This document shows, piece by piece, positions 1 to 9,628 of a stretch of 25,025 nucleotides of DNA (its first letter is position 1; every line of letters starts with the position of its first letter). The translations under genes and the position numbers were made by a program. The stretch is from Bacilli bacterium (GTDB taxonomy: Bacteria; Bacillota_I; Bacilli_A; RF39; UBA660): positions 1 through 25,025 of the forward strand of contig JAQVZV010000001.1 in NCBI GenBank assembly GCA_028708005.1, written 5' to 3'. The notes below the pieces were generated by a model. That model was not told the DNA's origin, searched no databases, and saw only the letters and a list, made by a program, of their open reading frames with translations.

Positions 1-13
1 CCATACTACCTAC

Positions 14-2119
14 TTAATTATCATTATTAAGCGCTTCTTTACGAGAAAGGTTTAATCTTCCTTTTTTATCATAACCAACTGCTTTAACAATAATCTCATC
101 ACCTAGTTTAACAACATCTTCCGTTTTATTAACTCTTTCATTTGCTAATTGTGATATATGAACTAGTCCTTCACAACCAGGCCACAACTCTACAAAACAT
201 CCAAAATCTTCAATCTTAACAACTTTCCCTGTATATATTTTGCCTTCTTCTATTTCTCTAGCAATATCTTCAATAATACTTATTGCTTTATCTATCATGG
301 CATAATCATTGTGATATACGATAACTCTACCATCATCTTCAATATCAATTTTTACATCTCCACAATCTTCTATAATCTTAGTAATCGTCTCACCACCACG
401 ACCAATAACATCTTTGATCTTAGCCGGACTAATTTTAATTTGTTTAATCTTTGGCGCATAAGGACTAAGTTCTTTACGAGGAGAGTCAATAACACTTTCC
501 ATAACATCTAAAATTTGTAATCTTGCAATACGAGCTTGTTCTAAAGCTTCTTTCAAGATTTTTTTGTTAATTCCTTTTATTTTGATATCCATTTGAAGAG
601 CACATATACCATCTTTAGTACCCGCCACTTTGAAATCCATATCTCCCATATGATCTTCCATACCTTGAATATCAGTCAAAATAGTATAATCGTCACCATC
701 ACTGATTAATCCCATAGCAATGCCTGCTACTGGAGCTTTAATAGGAACACCCGCTGCCATCAGTGACATACAGCCGGCACATATACTAGCTTGACTAGAA
801 GAACCATTACTTTCTAATATTTCAGATACAACTCTAATCGTATATGGAAACTCTTCTTCACTTGGTATAACTTGTAGTAAAGCTCGCTCGCCTAAAGCAC
901 CATGGCCAATTTCCCTTCGACCGGGCGCACCATAACGCCCTGTTTCACCCACACTAAATTGAGGGAAGTTATAATGAAGCATAAATCTTTTACCATCTTC
1001 AACACCAAGGCCATCTAATATTTGATGTTCTCCAATAGCACCTAATGTGGTAACACTTAATGCTTGTGTCTGACCCCTAGTAAACATTGCCGAACCATGA
1101 GTTCTTGCTAAAATGTCAACCGCCCCATGTAAAGGCCTAATTTCATTAATACCTCTACCATCAGGTCTTATCTTATCTTCCGTTATTAAACGCCTTACTT
1201 CTAACCATTCAATTTCATCAAGAATACTCTTTACATTACTAATTATTCGATTTTTATTTTCATCATCATTATGTTTTTCTTCATATAATTTAACTATTTC
1301 TTCTTTTAACTCATCAATTGCATCATATCTTCCTATTTTATCTTTTATCTGAATACATGCAATCATTTTATCTTTAGCTATTTTGTTTATTTCTTCTTTT
1401 AAACCTTCATCAATAGTTGAAACTTCAAACTCCATCTTTGGAACGCCAATTTCATCTATAATTTGCTTTTGGAAAGCCACTAATTCTTTTATAGCCTCGT
1501 GTCCAAATAACATAGCTTCTAACATAACGCTCTCTGATACTTCTTTACTGCCTGCCTCTACCATATTAATAGCTGTTGCTGTACCTGAAATAGTTAACAC
1601 CAATTCGCTTTTTTCCATTTGCTCAGCTGTTGGATTGATAATAAAATCACCATCAACTCTACCTACTACAACACCTGCTACAGGTTCTTCATATGGTATC
1701 TTGCTTATAGCTAACGCTAGCGAAGAACCAAACAAAGCTGTCATCTCTGGCGAATTATCTTGATCAACCGAAAGAACAGTATTAATTACTTGTACTTCGT
1801 TCCTAAAACCTTCTGCAAATAATGGTCTAATAGGTCTATCGATTAAACGAGCCGCTAACGTTGCATTTTCTGTTGGCCTTCCTTCTCTTTTGATAAATCC
1901 ACCAGGTATTTTACCAACCGAATATTGCCTTTCTTGATAAATTACCATTAGTGGAAAAAAGTCACCTTCAGATGCCGTTTTTGAAGCAACAGTTACCGTT
2001 AAAACAGCTGTATCACCATATCTAACTAATACTGACCCATGAGCCTGTTTAGCAAACTCACCATGTTCAACGATTATTTCTCTTCCTCTAAAATTAAACT
2101 TAAATTCTTTCTTATCCAT
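14..2119 (-). CDS. pnp: Polyribonucleotide nucleotidyltransferase (PNPase)
   Basis: 701 aa; two RNase PH domains ([34 protein letters not shown]), then KH and S1 domains; GGAGG RBS at 2126-2130 (minus); follows rpsO as usual. Confidence 0.98.
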   Translation of the reverse strand: MDKKEFKFNFRGREIIVEHGEFAKQAHGSVLVRYGDTAVLTVTVASKTASEGDFFPLMVIYQERQYSVGKIPGGFIKREGRPTENATLAARLIDRPIRPLFAEGFRNEVQVINTVLSVDQDNSPEMTALFGSSLALAISKIPYEEPVAGVVVGRVDGDFIINPTAEQMEKSELVLTISGTATAINMVEAGSKEVSESVMLEAMLFGHEAIKELVAFQKQIIDEIGVPKMEFEVSTIDEGLKEEINKIAKDKMIACIQIKDKIGRYDAIDELKEEIVKLYEEKHNDDENKNRIISNVKSILDEIEWLEVRRLITEDKIRPDGRGINEIRPLHGAVDILARTHGSAMFTRGQTQALSVTTLGAIGEHQILDGLGVEDGKRFMLHYNFPQFSVGETGRYGAPGRREIGHGALGERALLQVIPSEEEFPYTIRVVSEILESNGSSSQASICAGCMSLMAAGVPIKAPVAGIAMGLISDGDDYTILTDIQGMEDHMGDMDFKVAGTKDGICALQMDIKIKGINKKILKEALEQARIARLQILDVMESVIDSPRKELSPYAPKIKQIKISPAKIKDVIGRGGETITKIIEDCGDVKIDIEDDGRVIVYHNDYAMIDKAISIIEDIAREIEEGKIYTGKVVKIEDFGCFVELWPGCEGLVHISQLANERVNKTEDVVKLGDEIIVKAVGYDKKGRLNLSRKEALNNDN

Positions 2120-2133
2120 ATTAACCTCCCTCT

Positions 2134-2160
2134 AAAAGAAAAGACACTCAAAATAGTGCC
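2134..2160 (-). terminator. Intrinsic terminator after rpsO
   Basis: Minus strand GGCACT-ATTTTG-AGTGTC followed by TTTTCTTTT; stem abuts the rpsO stop codon. Confidence 0.75.
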
Positions 2161-2429
2161 TACTTTCTTAAATTCAATTTTTTAATTAATTCACGATATC
2201 TCTTTACATCATGTTTAACTAAATAATTTAGTAAACTACGACGTTTACCAACTTTTATCAACAAGCCTCTTTTAGAATGAAAATCATGTTTATGTTCTTT
2301 TAAATGTTCTGTAAGTTGTTCAATTTCTTTTGTTAAAATTGCTACTTGAACTTCAACTGAACCGGTATCATTCTCATCACGTGCAAATTTCTTAACTAAC
2401 TCTTGCTTGTCATCTTTCCTTAAAGCCAT
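2160..2429 (-). CDS. rpsO: 30S ribosomal protein S15
   Basis: [25 protein letters not shown] and [10 protein letters not shown] motifs; start moved to ATG at 2429 (MALRKDD, 89 aa) because GGAGG lies just upstream. Confidence 0.98.
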   Translation of the reverse strand: MALRKDDKQELVKKFARDENDTGSVEVQVAILTKEIEQLTEHLKEHKHDFHSKRGLLIKVGKRRSLLNYLVKHDVKRYRELIKKLNLRK

Positions 2430-2454
2430 TTTATTCCTCCTAACTTTTAATATA

Positions 2455-2504
2455 CACCTCAATCCTAGTAAACGACGGAGTTATCAATTACCAAGATTAG
2501 GTAG
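2455..2504 (-). ncRNA. Firmicutes-type S15 (rpsO) autoregulatory leader
   Basis: Minus strand: 11-bp stem AATCTTGGTAA/TTACTAGGATT enclosing a small GAT-AACTCC-GTC hairpin, between the promoter and the rpsO RBS; resembles the known Firmicutes S15-binding leader. Confidence 0.7.
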
Positions 2505-2511
2505 CAATAAT

Positions 2512-2540
2512 AATATACCCTATATCTTATGATAAATCAA
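2512..2540 (-). promoter_or_regulatory. sigmaA-type promoter of rpsO
   Basis: TTGATT-17 bp-TATATT on the minus strand directly upstream of the S15 leader. Confidence 0.6.
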
Positions 2541-2569
2541 GGGGTTTGAGTATAATTATTTATAACATT

Positions 2570-3442
2570 TTATATCAGCATCTTATATGGCTTTGCTTTT
2601 GTTACATCCTTATTATAAGTCTGATAAATTGCTATTAACTCACCATCGGGATTAATTATCTTTATCATATTGTCATCTAATGTTTTCTCAATAATAGATC
2701 CATTCCTTATATTTTTTTCTAAATCCTTATCAACAGAAATACTTTTTAAATTTGGTAACGCCTCATCTAATGTTAATAACTTATAATCACCTTTAGCAAC
2801 ATTATCCAATGAATAACAATCATTTATTGTAAAATATCCTTGTTTAGTTCTCCTCAAATCAGACATACATGTAGGATAACCCAATTTTAAACCTATATCC
2901 CTAATTAAACTACGTATGTATGTCCCCTTTGATACAGAACACTTAATCTTAAAGATAATTTTGCCACCAATATCTTCTAAGTCTCCTATCAAAGATAAAT
3001 CATATATTTCTACTTCTCTTTTGGGCAATTCAATTGTTATATTATTTCTAGCATAGTCATAGAGCTTGCGCCCGCTCACTTTGACAGCACTATATTTGGG
3101 AACTTCTTGATTATAAATACCTATAAAACCCTTTAATACAGTTAAAACCTGTCCTTTAGATATATCTACATCATTAACTTCCTTCAAAACAGTTCCATCT
3201 ATATCAAGGGTATCAGTTCCTATTCCAACTGTAACCTCTGCTATATACTCCTTATTATAATTTGTGATAAGATCGCTTATTTTAGTAGCCTTACCTATAC
3301 AAAGTACTAAAACACCTGTAGCTAAAGGATCGAGAGTCCCGGTGTGACCTACGCGTTTTATGCCTATAATACGGCTAACCTCATTCACAACATCCCTACT
3401 TGTTATTCCTTTAGGCTTATCAACGACAATAATTCCATTCAT
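2570..3442 (-). CDS. truB: tRNA pseudouridine(55) synthase
   Basis: VDKPKGITSRDVV, GHTGTLDPLATGVL (catalytic Asp) and CSVSKGTYIRSL motifs; located after rbfA. Confidence 0.97.
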   Translation of the reverse strand: MNGIIVVDKPKGITSRDVVNEVSRIIGIKRVGHTGTLDPLATGVLVLCIGKATKISDLITNYNKEYIAEVTVGIGTDTLDIDGTVLKEVNDVDISKGQVLTVLKGFIGIYNQEVPKYSAVKVSGRKLYDYARNNITIELPKREVEIYDLSLIGDLEDIGGKIIFKIKCSVSKGTYIRSLIRDIGLKLGYPTCMSDLRRTKQGYFTINDCYSLDNVAKGDYKLLTLDEALPNLKSISVDKDLEKNIRNGSIIEKTLDDNMIKIINPDGELIAIYQTYNKDVTKAKPYKMLI

Positions 3443-3458
3443 CTATATCACCAACATT

Positions 3459-3467
3459 ATCATAACA
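3459..3467 (-). promoter_or_regulatory. Possible extended -10 promoter for truB
   Basis: TGtTATGAT on the minus strand just downstream of the infB-operon terminator. Confidence 0.4.
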
Positions 3468-3497
3468 TAAAATAATGGATAGATTATATTCCATCCA
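3467..3497 (-). terminator. Intrinsic terminator after rbfA
   Basis: Minus strand TGGATGGA-ATATAA-TCTATCCA followed by TTATTTTAT. Confidence 0.6.
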
Positions 3498-3842
3498 TTA
3501 TTCATTATTAATATTTTTGATAATTCTTTCTATATTATCTGCATATGCAATTGATTCATCATAAATAAACACCAAATCGGGCATTGTTCTAATCTCAAAG
3601 CGTCTTCTACCTAATTCTCCTTTGATAAAACCTTTGGCATTATTTAAATCTTCAATTATCTTCTCCTTCTTATCATCAAAGATATTGGTAACATATACTT
3701 TGGCATAACTCAAATCATTAGCTAATTGAACATCTGTCACAGTAACCATTTTTAAATCTTGATCTCTTATTTCATTGGCAATGATATCACTAATTTCATT
3801 TTGAAGACTGCTTGCAATCCTCTTGATTCTAATTGTATTCAT
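3498..3842 (-). CDS. rbfA: 30S ribosome-binding factor A
   Basis: 114 aa; VTVTDVQLANDLSYAKVYV and IRTMPDLVFIYDESI motifs; directly after infB. Confidence 0.96.
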   Translation of the reverse strand: MNTIRIKRIASSLQNEISDIIANEIRDQDLKMVTVTDVQLANDLSYAKVYVTNIFDDKKEKIIEDLNNAKGFIKGELGRRRFEIRTMPDLVFIYDESIAYADNIERIIKNINNE

Positions 3843-3843
3843 A

Positions 3844-5949
3844 TTATTTTTTCACTTCCACTAACTCATAAGCTTCAATAATATCTTGTTCTTTTAAATC
3901 ATCATAGTGTTCAATCGTAATACCACATTCAAAACCACTTTTGACTTCCTTAACAACATTCTTTTCTCTTTGAAGACTACTTATATTACCATCATATATT
4001 ACAATACCATCTCTTATAATACGAGCTTTGGAATCATTCTTAATAAGACCACTTAATATATAGCAACCTGCAATCGTGCCTGTTTTAGAAAATTTGAATA
4101 ATTTTCTAACTTCTGCCTGTCCCAAAGTTTTCTCTTCATATGTAGGATCTAATAAACCTTTCATAGCAGCTTCTAATTCCTCAACTGCTTTATATATAAC
4201 ATTATATAATTTGATATCAACAGAGTACTCTTTAGCTGTTTCCACAGTTGTAGTATTTGGTCTGACATTAAAACCTATAATAATAGCATTAGATGCATTA
4301 GCTAAAACAACATCACTTTCTGTTATAGTACCCGTACCACTCCTTATTATATTTATGTTAACGCCTTCAACTTCAACCTTTTGCAAAGCATTTCTAACCG
4401 CTTCTTCGCTTCCCTTAACGTCAGCTTTTACAATGATATTAATCTCCTTTATTCCTTCTTGTATCTTAGAAAATAAAGCTTCTAATGATAACGGTTCCCC
4501 CATAACACGAGTTTTTTGTTTAACTGCCGTTTGGCGAGCTTCAGCGATAGAGCGGGCTTGTTTTTCACTTTCAAAAGCCATAAACTTGTCGCCTGCTGTT
4601 GGAATATCATTTATTCCGGTAACTGATACTGGCATTGATGGTAGGGCTTCTAAAATTTCCTCATCATTATCATTTTTCAAAGTCCTAACTTTCCCATATG
4701 ATGTTCCTACTACAATTGGATCACCTATTCTTAAGGTGCCATTTTGAATAAGTAAAGTCACCATTGGCCCGACACTTTTATCAAGTCTTGCTTCAATTAC
4801 AGAACCAAGTGCATATCGATTAGGATTGGCTTTTAGCGATTGCATTTCAGCGATTAAAAGAATGTTTTCTAATAGTTTGTCAATACCATCACCAGTAGCT
4901 GCCGATACTTTTACAAATAAGGTATCGCCTCCCCATTCTTCTGGGGTAAGACCACAAGCTGCCATTTCAGTCATAACTTTTTCCGGATTTATACCTGGCT
5001 TATCCATTTTGTTAATAGCTACAATGATTGGGACTTTAGCTGCTTTAGCATGATCAATCGCTTCTTTGGTTTGAGGCATAACACCATCATCAGCAGCAAC
5101 AACGATAATAACAATATCAGTTATACTAGCACCTCTAGCACGCATCTCGGTAAAAGCTGAGTGCCCCGGAGTATCAATAAAAGTTATTTTTTGACCCTCA
5201 TATGAAACTTGATAAGCTCCAATATGTTGCGTTATCCCACCCGCTTCATCACTAACAACACTGGTTTTTCTAATAGTATCTAAAAGAGTAGTTTTGCCAT
5301 GGTCAACATGGCCCATGACCGTTACAACTGGAGGTCTAGGTGTTAAATCTTCTTCAGCATCAGTTATTTCTAGATTTTCAAAATTAACTTCATCTTGTGT
5401 CTCTTCCCTTTTTAAATCTTTTCCATAATCTAATACGGCAACTGATGCCTCATCAAACGATATTGACTGATTAAGACTAAGCATAACGCCTAGAGTCATT
5501 AATTTCTTGATTAAATTAATACCATCTACATCAAGCGCTGATGCTAAGTCGCTAACTGTCATCCCCTCTTTATATATAACAATATTATCATCTTGGTCAG
5601 CTTTATTAGATATTAGTTTTTCTTTATGTTTATACATTTGCTTACGTTTATTTGCAAAATCATCACTCGTAGTATTGCTTTTCTTTTTCAATTTCTGAAT
5701 CTTTATAGTGTCATCTACTTTTAGGTTGACTTTCGAAATGATTTCCTCTATTTTTTCATCATCAATTTCTTCCTCGAAAGGTTCAAACTCTACCACTGCA
5801 TTTTCAAATATATTATCTAAAGCGATAATATGTTCTTCTTCAAGTAGATCATTTTCGTTTTCTACAGGTATTTCTAATTCCATACATTTTTTAAGTACGA
5901 TATTTACATTTTTACCAATATCATTTGCGTAATCTAAAACACTCATCAT
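3844..5949 (-). CDS. infB: Translation initiation factor IF-2
   Basis: [37 protein letters not shown] and AINKMD GTPase motifs; C-terminal GFECGI. Confidence 0.99.
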   Translation of the reverse strand: MMSVLDYANDIGKNVNIVLKKCMELEIPVENENDLLEEEHIIALDNIFENAVVEFEPFEEEIDDEKIEEIISKVNLKVDDTIKIQKLKKKSNTTSDDFANKRKQMYKHKEKLISNKADQDDNIVIYKEGMTVSDLASALDVDGINLIKKLMTLGVMLSLNQSISFDEASVAVLDYGKDLKREETQDEVNFENLEITDAEEDLTPRPPVVTVMGHVDHGKTTLLDTIRKTSVVSDEAGGITQHIGAYQVSYEGQKITFIDTPGHSAFTEMRARGASITDIVIIVVAADDGVMPQTKEAIDHAKAAKVPIIVAINKMDKPGINPEKVMTEMAACGLTPEEWGGDTLFVKVSAATGDGIDKLLENILLIAEMQSLKANPNRYALGSVIEARLDKSVGPMVTLLIQNGTLRIGDPIVVGTSYGKVRTLKNDNDEEILEALPSMPVSVTGINDIPTAGDKFMAFESEKQARSIAEARQTAVKQKTRVMGEPLSLEALFSKIQEGIKEINIIVKADVKGSEEAVRNALQKVEVEGVNINIIRSGTGTITESDVVLANASNAIIIGFNVRPNTTTVETAKEYSVDIKLYNVIYKAVEELEAAMKGLLDPTYEEKTLGQAEVRKLFKFSKTGTIAGCYILSGLIKNDSKARIIRDGIVIYDGNISSLQREKNVVKEVKSGFECGITIEHYDDLKEQDIIEAYELVEVKK

Positions 5950-5973
5950 ATTCGTTCACCTCTTTCGTATATT

Positions 5974-6234
5974 TTATTTACTAATAATATTTTCTAATTC
6001 ATCATATACACTACTCGGGATAGATGCTTCTAAATGATGATCTAATTGTTTTTCTATTCTTGCCCTTTTTATAACATCCATATCTCTTTTAAGATATGCA
6101 CCTCTTCCGTTTGCTTTGCCAGTTTCATCAATAAATATATTCCCTGTATTATCTTTGACGATCCTTATAAGTTCACCTTTAGAGCATTTTTCTTTAGTTA
6201 CAACACATGTCCTAAGTGGTACTTTTTTCACCAT
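5974..6234 (-). CDS. ylxR: YlxR/RnpM family RNA-binding protein
   Basis: PLRTCVVTKEK, ELIRIVK and GKANGRGAYL motifs; canonical position between nusA and infB. Confidence 0.93.
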   Translation of the reverse strand: MVKKVPLRTCVVTKEKCSKGELIRIVKDNTGNIFIDETGKANGRGAYLKRDMDVIKRARIEKQLDHHLEASIPSSVYDELENIISK

Positions 6235-6239
6235 TAAAC

Positions 6240-7415
6240 TTACTCATCCCCTTCAGTTTTGATATTTATCCCTTCATTAGCCATATCTTCTAGTGTCTTA
6301 ATATTTATATTATAATGAGTTAATTTGGTTGCTAAACGAACATTTTGACCCTTGCGACCAATTGCTAAAGAAAGATTATCCCCTTCAGCTACAACAATCG
6401 CTTCTTTTCGTTTCTCATCAGTTATATAAACATCTATATTACGTGCTGGACTTAAAGCATTCTTAATAAAAATTGCTGGGTCTTTATCATATTGAATTAA
6501 ATCAATCTTTTCACCCTTCAATTCCTTTAAAATCCTTTCAATCCTCTCGCCGTGTTCACCAATACATGATCCAATAGCATCAATTTTTCTATTTTCAGAA
6601 TAAACTGCTATTTTACTCCTAACGCCAGCTTCCCTAGCTATACTATAAAGAACAACATGTCCATCATGTAATTCTGGGATTTCAAGTTCTAATAAACGTT
6701 TAACAAAACCATAATGAGTTCTTGATAATAAAACCTTTGGTCCCTTAGGAGTATTTTCAACTTTAGTTATATATACTTTTAATGAATTGCCCATTATTAC
6801 GGTTTCCCCAGGTATAATTTCCTTTTTAGGTAAAATACCATGAGTACGGCCTAAATCAATGTAGTAATTTAAAGCATCTTCTCTTGACGCAATACCTACT
6901 ACTAACTCATCTTGTTTACCTTCAAACTCATCCATAATGCTAACACGTTCGGCTTCTCTAATTTTTTGCATAATAACTTGTTTTGCTGTTGAAGCTGCAA
7001 CTCTTCCAAAATCTTTAGGAGTAACCTCCTCTTCAATCGTTTCACCAACTTGAATATTAGGAACTTTTTTCCTAGCATCTTCCAAAGTAATTTTAACAAT
7101 ACTCTTAGCCGGAACTTTTTCCTTTTCATTTTCATCTTCTACAGAAATAGTCTCATCGGTAGGAGCTACGTCCTCCATTATAGGTTCCTCTACTTGATTA
7201 TCGTCTTCTATCTTATCGACAACTGTTAAAATAGAATGAACCTTAATATCACCCGTTTTCCTATCCAAGTCTACTCTTACATTAGTAAGTGCATTAAAAT
7301 TTTTCTTATATGCAGTCGCTAATGCTAACTCCATAGCTTCAAAAACAATATCTTTAGAAATGTTCTTCTCGGCAGCGATGTGATCAACTGCCTTTATAAA
7401 TGCGCCTTTGTCCAT
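6240..7415 (-). CDS. nusA: Transcription termination/antitermination factor NusA
   Basis: FGRVAASTAKQV, IAREAGVRSKIAV and LSLAIGRKGQNVRLA motifs (S1 plus 2 KH); acidic insertion in the N-terminal domain. Confidence 0.97.
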   Translation of the reverse strand: MDKGAFIKAVDHIAAEKNISKDIVFEAMELALATAYKKNFNALTNVRVDLDRKTGDIKVHSILTVVDKIEDDNQVEEPIMEDVAPTDETISVEDENEKEKVPAKSIVKITLEDARKKVPNIQVGETIEEEVTPKDFGRVAASTAKQVIMQKIREAERVSIMDEFEGKQDELVVGIASREDALNYYIDLGRTHGILPKKEIIPGETVIMGNSLKVYITKVENTPKGPKVLLSRTHYGFVKRLLELEIPELHDGHVVLYSIAREAGVRSKIAVYSENRKIDAIGSCIGEHGERIERILKELKGEKIDLIQYDKDPAIFIKNALSPARNIDVYITDEKRKEAIVVAEGDNLSLAIGRKGQNVRLATKLTHYNINIKTLEDMANEGINIKTEGDE

Positions 7416-7672
7416 TATTTATCGCCTCCTTTGGTTTTTGAACACACATCCAAAACATATGTATCGTTAATAATATCTTCTTTATCAATAATGGGACTAA
7501 TAATATTAGTAGCTGCTACACAATCATCTACATTAATATAAGGATCTTTATCAATTATAATTCTTAAAACATTAGTATTCTCTTCCTTTTGATATGTAAT
7601 AGTATCAATCTTAATATTAATTTCTGCTAAATGCTCCTCAATCAAACGTTTAATAATACTTTCAATTTCCAT
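7415..7672 (-). CDS. rimP: Ribosome maturation factor RimP, N-terminal domain only (85 aa)
   Basis: LRIIIDK, INVDDCVAATNIISPIID and YVLDV match RimP-N; first gene of the nusA operon; stop overlaps the nusA ATG (TAATG). Confidence 0.85.
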   Translation of the reverse strand: MEIESIIKRLIEEHLAEINIKIDTITYQKEENTNVLRIIIDKDPYINVDDCVAATNIISPIIDKEDIINDTYVLDVCSKTKGGDK

Positions 7673-7691
7673 AATATTCTCCTTAATTTTA

Positions 7692-7713
7692 AAGAGTGAG
7701 ATGTCTCACCCTT
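7692..7713 (-). promoter_or_regulatory. rimP-leader hairpin
   Basis: Minus strand AAGGGTGAG-ACAT-CTCACTCTT(T) between promoter and rimP RBS; same position and shape as the conserved rimP-leader of Firmicutes. Confidence 0.65.
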
Positions 7714-7725
7714 CCTGTCCAATAC

Positions 7726-7734
7726 ATTATATCA
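7726..7734 (-). promoter_or_regulatory. Extended -10 promoter of the rimP-nusA-infB operon
   Basis: TGaTATAAT on the minus strand 13 bp upstream of the leader hairpin. Confidence 0.6.
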
Positions 7735-7781
7735 TATAATTAATTTTTTTGTATATTTTTCAACAACTATTAAGTTAAATT

Positions 7782-7790
7782 TGCTATAAT
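7782..7790 (+). promoter_or_regulatory. Extended -10 promoter for the CPBP/metallophosphoesterase pair
   Basis: TGcTATAAT followed by an AGGAGG RBS at 7802-7807. Confidence 0.55.
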
Positions 7791-7812
7791 ATATCTATAA
7801 TAGGAGGTAAAA

Positions 7813-8451
7813 ATGAACAAAAAAGTTAAATCAACATTAATTATCCTCTATTACTTTATTTATACGTTCTTCATATATATACCTTTTTCTATCTTAAATA
7901 TTGAAATAGTTGGCGTTCTCTTATTTGGTATATCACTTATTTATATATATCGAGAGGACTTCAAAAATTATCTTGATGATTTTAAAAAAAATGGTCGTAA
8001 ATATTTAAAATTAGGCTTTAATTATTGGATTATCGGACTTTTGATGATGATTGTTTCTAATATTATAATTAGTTCATTATCTCCTATATCTATGCCAGAA
8101 AATGAACAGGCAGTTAGAGAAGCTTTAAAATTAAGTCCTTATATTATATTTCTATCTTCGGTTATTAATGCTCCATTGATTGAAGAATTAATATTTAGAA
8201 AGACACTCTTTGATATTTTTAAAAACAAAACCTTGTTCGTTATCTTTAGTGGATTGTTATTTGGAACATTTCATGTCATTGGCGTTGCAACCTCAATCTA
8301 TAGTTGGTTATATATTATTCCTTATTCAGCATTAGGAATAGCTTTTGCTTATGCCTATACTAAGACAAATAATTTGCTCACACCAATATGCTTACATTCA
8401 TTCCATAATTTTATTACGATTGTTCAAATTCTATTGTTTTTAGGAGGTTAA
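7813..8451 (+). CDS. CPBP (CAAX protease-like, Abi) family intramembrane metalloprotease
   Basis: Multiple TM segments; APLIEELIFR (EExxxR), FGTFH and CLHSFHN motifs; strong RBS. Confidence 0.9.
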   Translation: MNKKVKSTLIILYYFIYTFFIYIPFSILNIEIVGVLLFGISLIYIYREDFKNYLDDFKKNGRKYLKLGFNYWIIGLLMMIVSNIIISSLSPISMPENEQAVREALKLSPYIIFLSSVINAPLIEELIFRKTLFDIFKNKTLFVIFSGLLFGTFHVIGVATSIYSWLYIIPYSALGIAFAYAYTKTNNLLTPICLHSFHNFITIVQILLFLGG

Positions 8452-8452
8452 A

Positions 8453-9334
8453 ATGAAAAGGAAGTACCGTTTAAAGAAAAAATATAAAATCATAATCATT
8501 ACATTAACAATTCTAACCTTAATCCTACTATGGTCTCGATATATAAGCACATCTGGGCTAATAATAAAGGAATATAAAGTAGTTAACGATAATCTGCCTA
8601 CTAGTTTTGATGGATTAAAAATTGTTCATTTATCAGACATTCATTATGGTAGAACGATTAAACAAAAAGAATTAAAACACATGGTTAATGAAATAAACGA
8701 AATAAATCCCAATCTGATTTTCTTCACTGGCGATCTGATTGATCGCGATATTAAATTAACACCCAGCATAAAAAAGGAAGTAATAAACACTTTAAAACAG
8801 CTGGCTCCTACGATTGGTAAATATGCAGTAGCAGGAAATCATGATTTAGCATTTAAAGATTTTGATAATATTCTTACAGCCAGCGGCTTTATTAATCTTA
8901 CAAATGATTATGATCTCATCTATAGTAATAAATATGAAACAATTTATATCGCTGGGCTTGAATCGGAAATTGTTGGAAAACCCAACGCAGATAAAGCTAC
9001 TCAATATTTAAATAACATTCAAGATAAAGATGAAACCGAATCATATAATAATCCCTCATATAAAATACTTTTACTCCATACTCCTGACACAATAAAATTA
9101 GTAGACAAGTATGATTTTAACTTAGTATTGGCAGGGCATTCTCACAATGGTCAAATAAGATTACCAATTATTGGTGCAATAACAAAGCCGCAAGGCGCGA
9201 AACAATTTTATAATCCTTATTATAAAATCAATAACACAGATTTATACATTTCAGGGGGATTAGGAACCTCTACAATGAACTTTAGGTTATTCAATAAACC
9301 ATCATTTAACTTTTATAGATTAGTAAAAAAATAA
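8453..9334 (+). CDS. Calcineurin-like metallophosphoesterase (YkuE-like) with N-terminal membrane anchor
   Basis: LSDIH, TGDLID, AGNHD, LLLHTPD and LAGHSHNGQ metal-binding motifs; basic-then-hydrophobic N-terminus. Confidence 0.9.
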   Translation: MKRKYRLKKKYKIIIITLTILTLILLWSRYISTSGLIIKEYKVVNDNLPTSFDGLKIVHLSDIHYGRTIKQKELKHMVNEINEINPNLIFFTGDLIDRDIKLTPSIKKEVINTLKQLAPTIGKYAVAGNHDLAFKDFDNILTASGFINLTNDYDLIYSNKYETIYIAGLESEIVGKPNADKATQYLNNIQDKDETESYNNPSYKILLLHTPDTIKLVDKYDFNLVLAGHSHNGQIRLPIIGAITKPQGAKQFYNPYYKINNTDLYISGGLGTSTMNFRLFNKPSFNFYRLVKK

Positions 9335-9369
9335 ACCTTGTTAAATATAAGAGAAACGTGATACTAATC

Positions 9370-9396
9370 ACCTTTAATTCCCTCCCTCATACAATA
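9370..9396 (+). promoter_or_regulatory. Candidate sigmaK-dependent promoter
   Basis: AC(9370-71)-16 bp-CATACAATA(9388-96) exactly fits the B. subtilis sigmaK consensus AC-16/17-CATANNNTA; the -10 also fits sigmaE (CATACAHT). Confidence 0.6.
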
Positions 9397-9415
9397 AAAT
9401 GAAAGGAGAGATATA

Positions 9416-9595
9416 ATGTTTGGATTAGGACGTCCTTTTATGTTTGGCAGAAGGCCCGGCTTTGGCTACGGGTTTGGTCGCGGTGGTTTCTTTTTGCCTT
9501 TTACACTTGGAGCTGTAACAGGAGCAGCTTTAACGCCTTATTACAGACCATACTATCCGCCATACTTCCCGCCATATTATCCATATCTTTATTAA
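9416..9595 (+). CDS. Small Gly/Phe/Pro/Tyr-rich protein, YmaG-like spore coat protein (59 aa, absent from the ORF track)
   Basis: AAAGGAG RBS, ATG 9416, TAA 9593-95. MFGLGRPFMFGRRPGFGYGFGRGGFFLPFTLGAVTGAALTPYYRPYYPPYFPPYYPYLY has the GRPF/GFGYGFGR, small-residue helix, then YP-rich tail architecture of B. subtilis YmaG. Confidence 0.85.
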   Translation: MFGLGRPFMFGRRPGFGYGFGRGGFFLPFTLGAVTGAALTPYYRPYYPPYFPPYYPYLY

Positions 9596-9597
9596 TA

Positions 9598-9628
9598 TTA
9601 AAAATCCTTACTAAAAGGATTTTTTTAA
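9598..9628. terminator. Bidirectional terminator between the YmaG-like gene and the kinase
   Basis: AAAAATCCTT-ACTAA-AAGGATTTTT with A and T tracts on both sides; overlaps the kinase stop codon. Confidence 0.7.

Noticed and set aside
1-13. ATG at 2-4 (minus strand) preceded by AGGT right after the pnp stop
   Set aside because: Probably the start of the next gene, but only one codon lies in the window, so nothing can be called
311-6237. Plus-strand ORFs at 311-511, 1113-1352, 1383-1763, 4076-4747, 4826-5053, 5507-5698, 5708-5932 and 6046-6237, plus the off-frame minus ORF at 6902-7135
   Set aside because: Antisense or off-frame shadows of pnp, infB, ylxR and nusA; Ser/Phe/Ile-rich composition typical of reverse frames; no RBS
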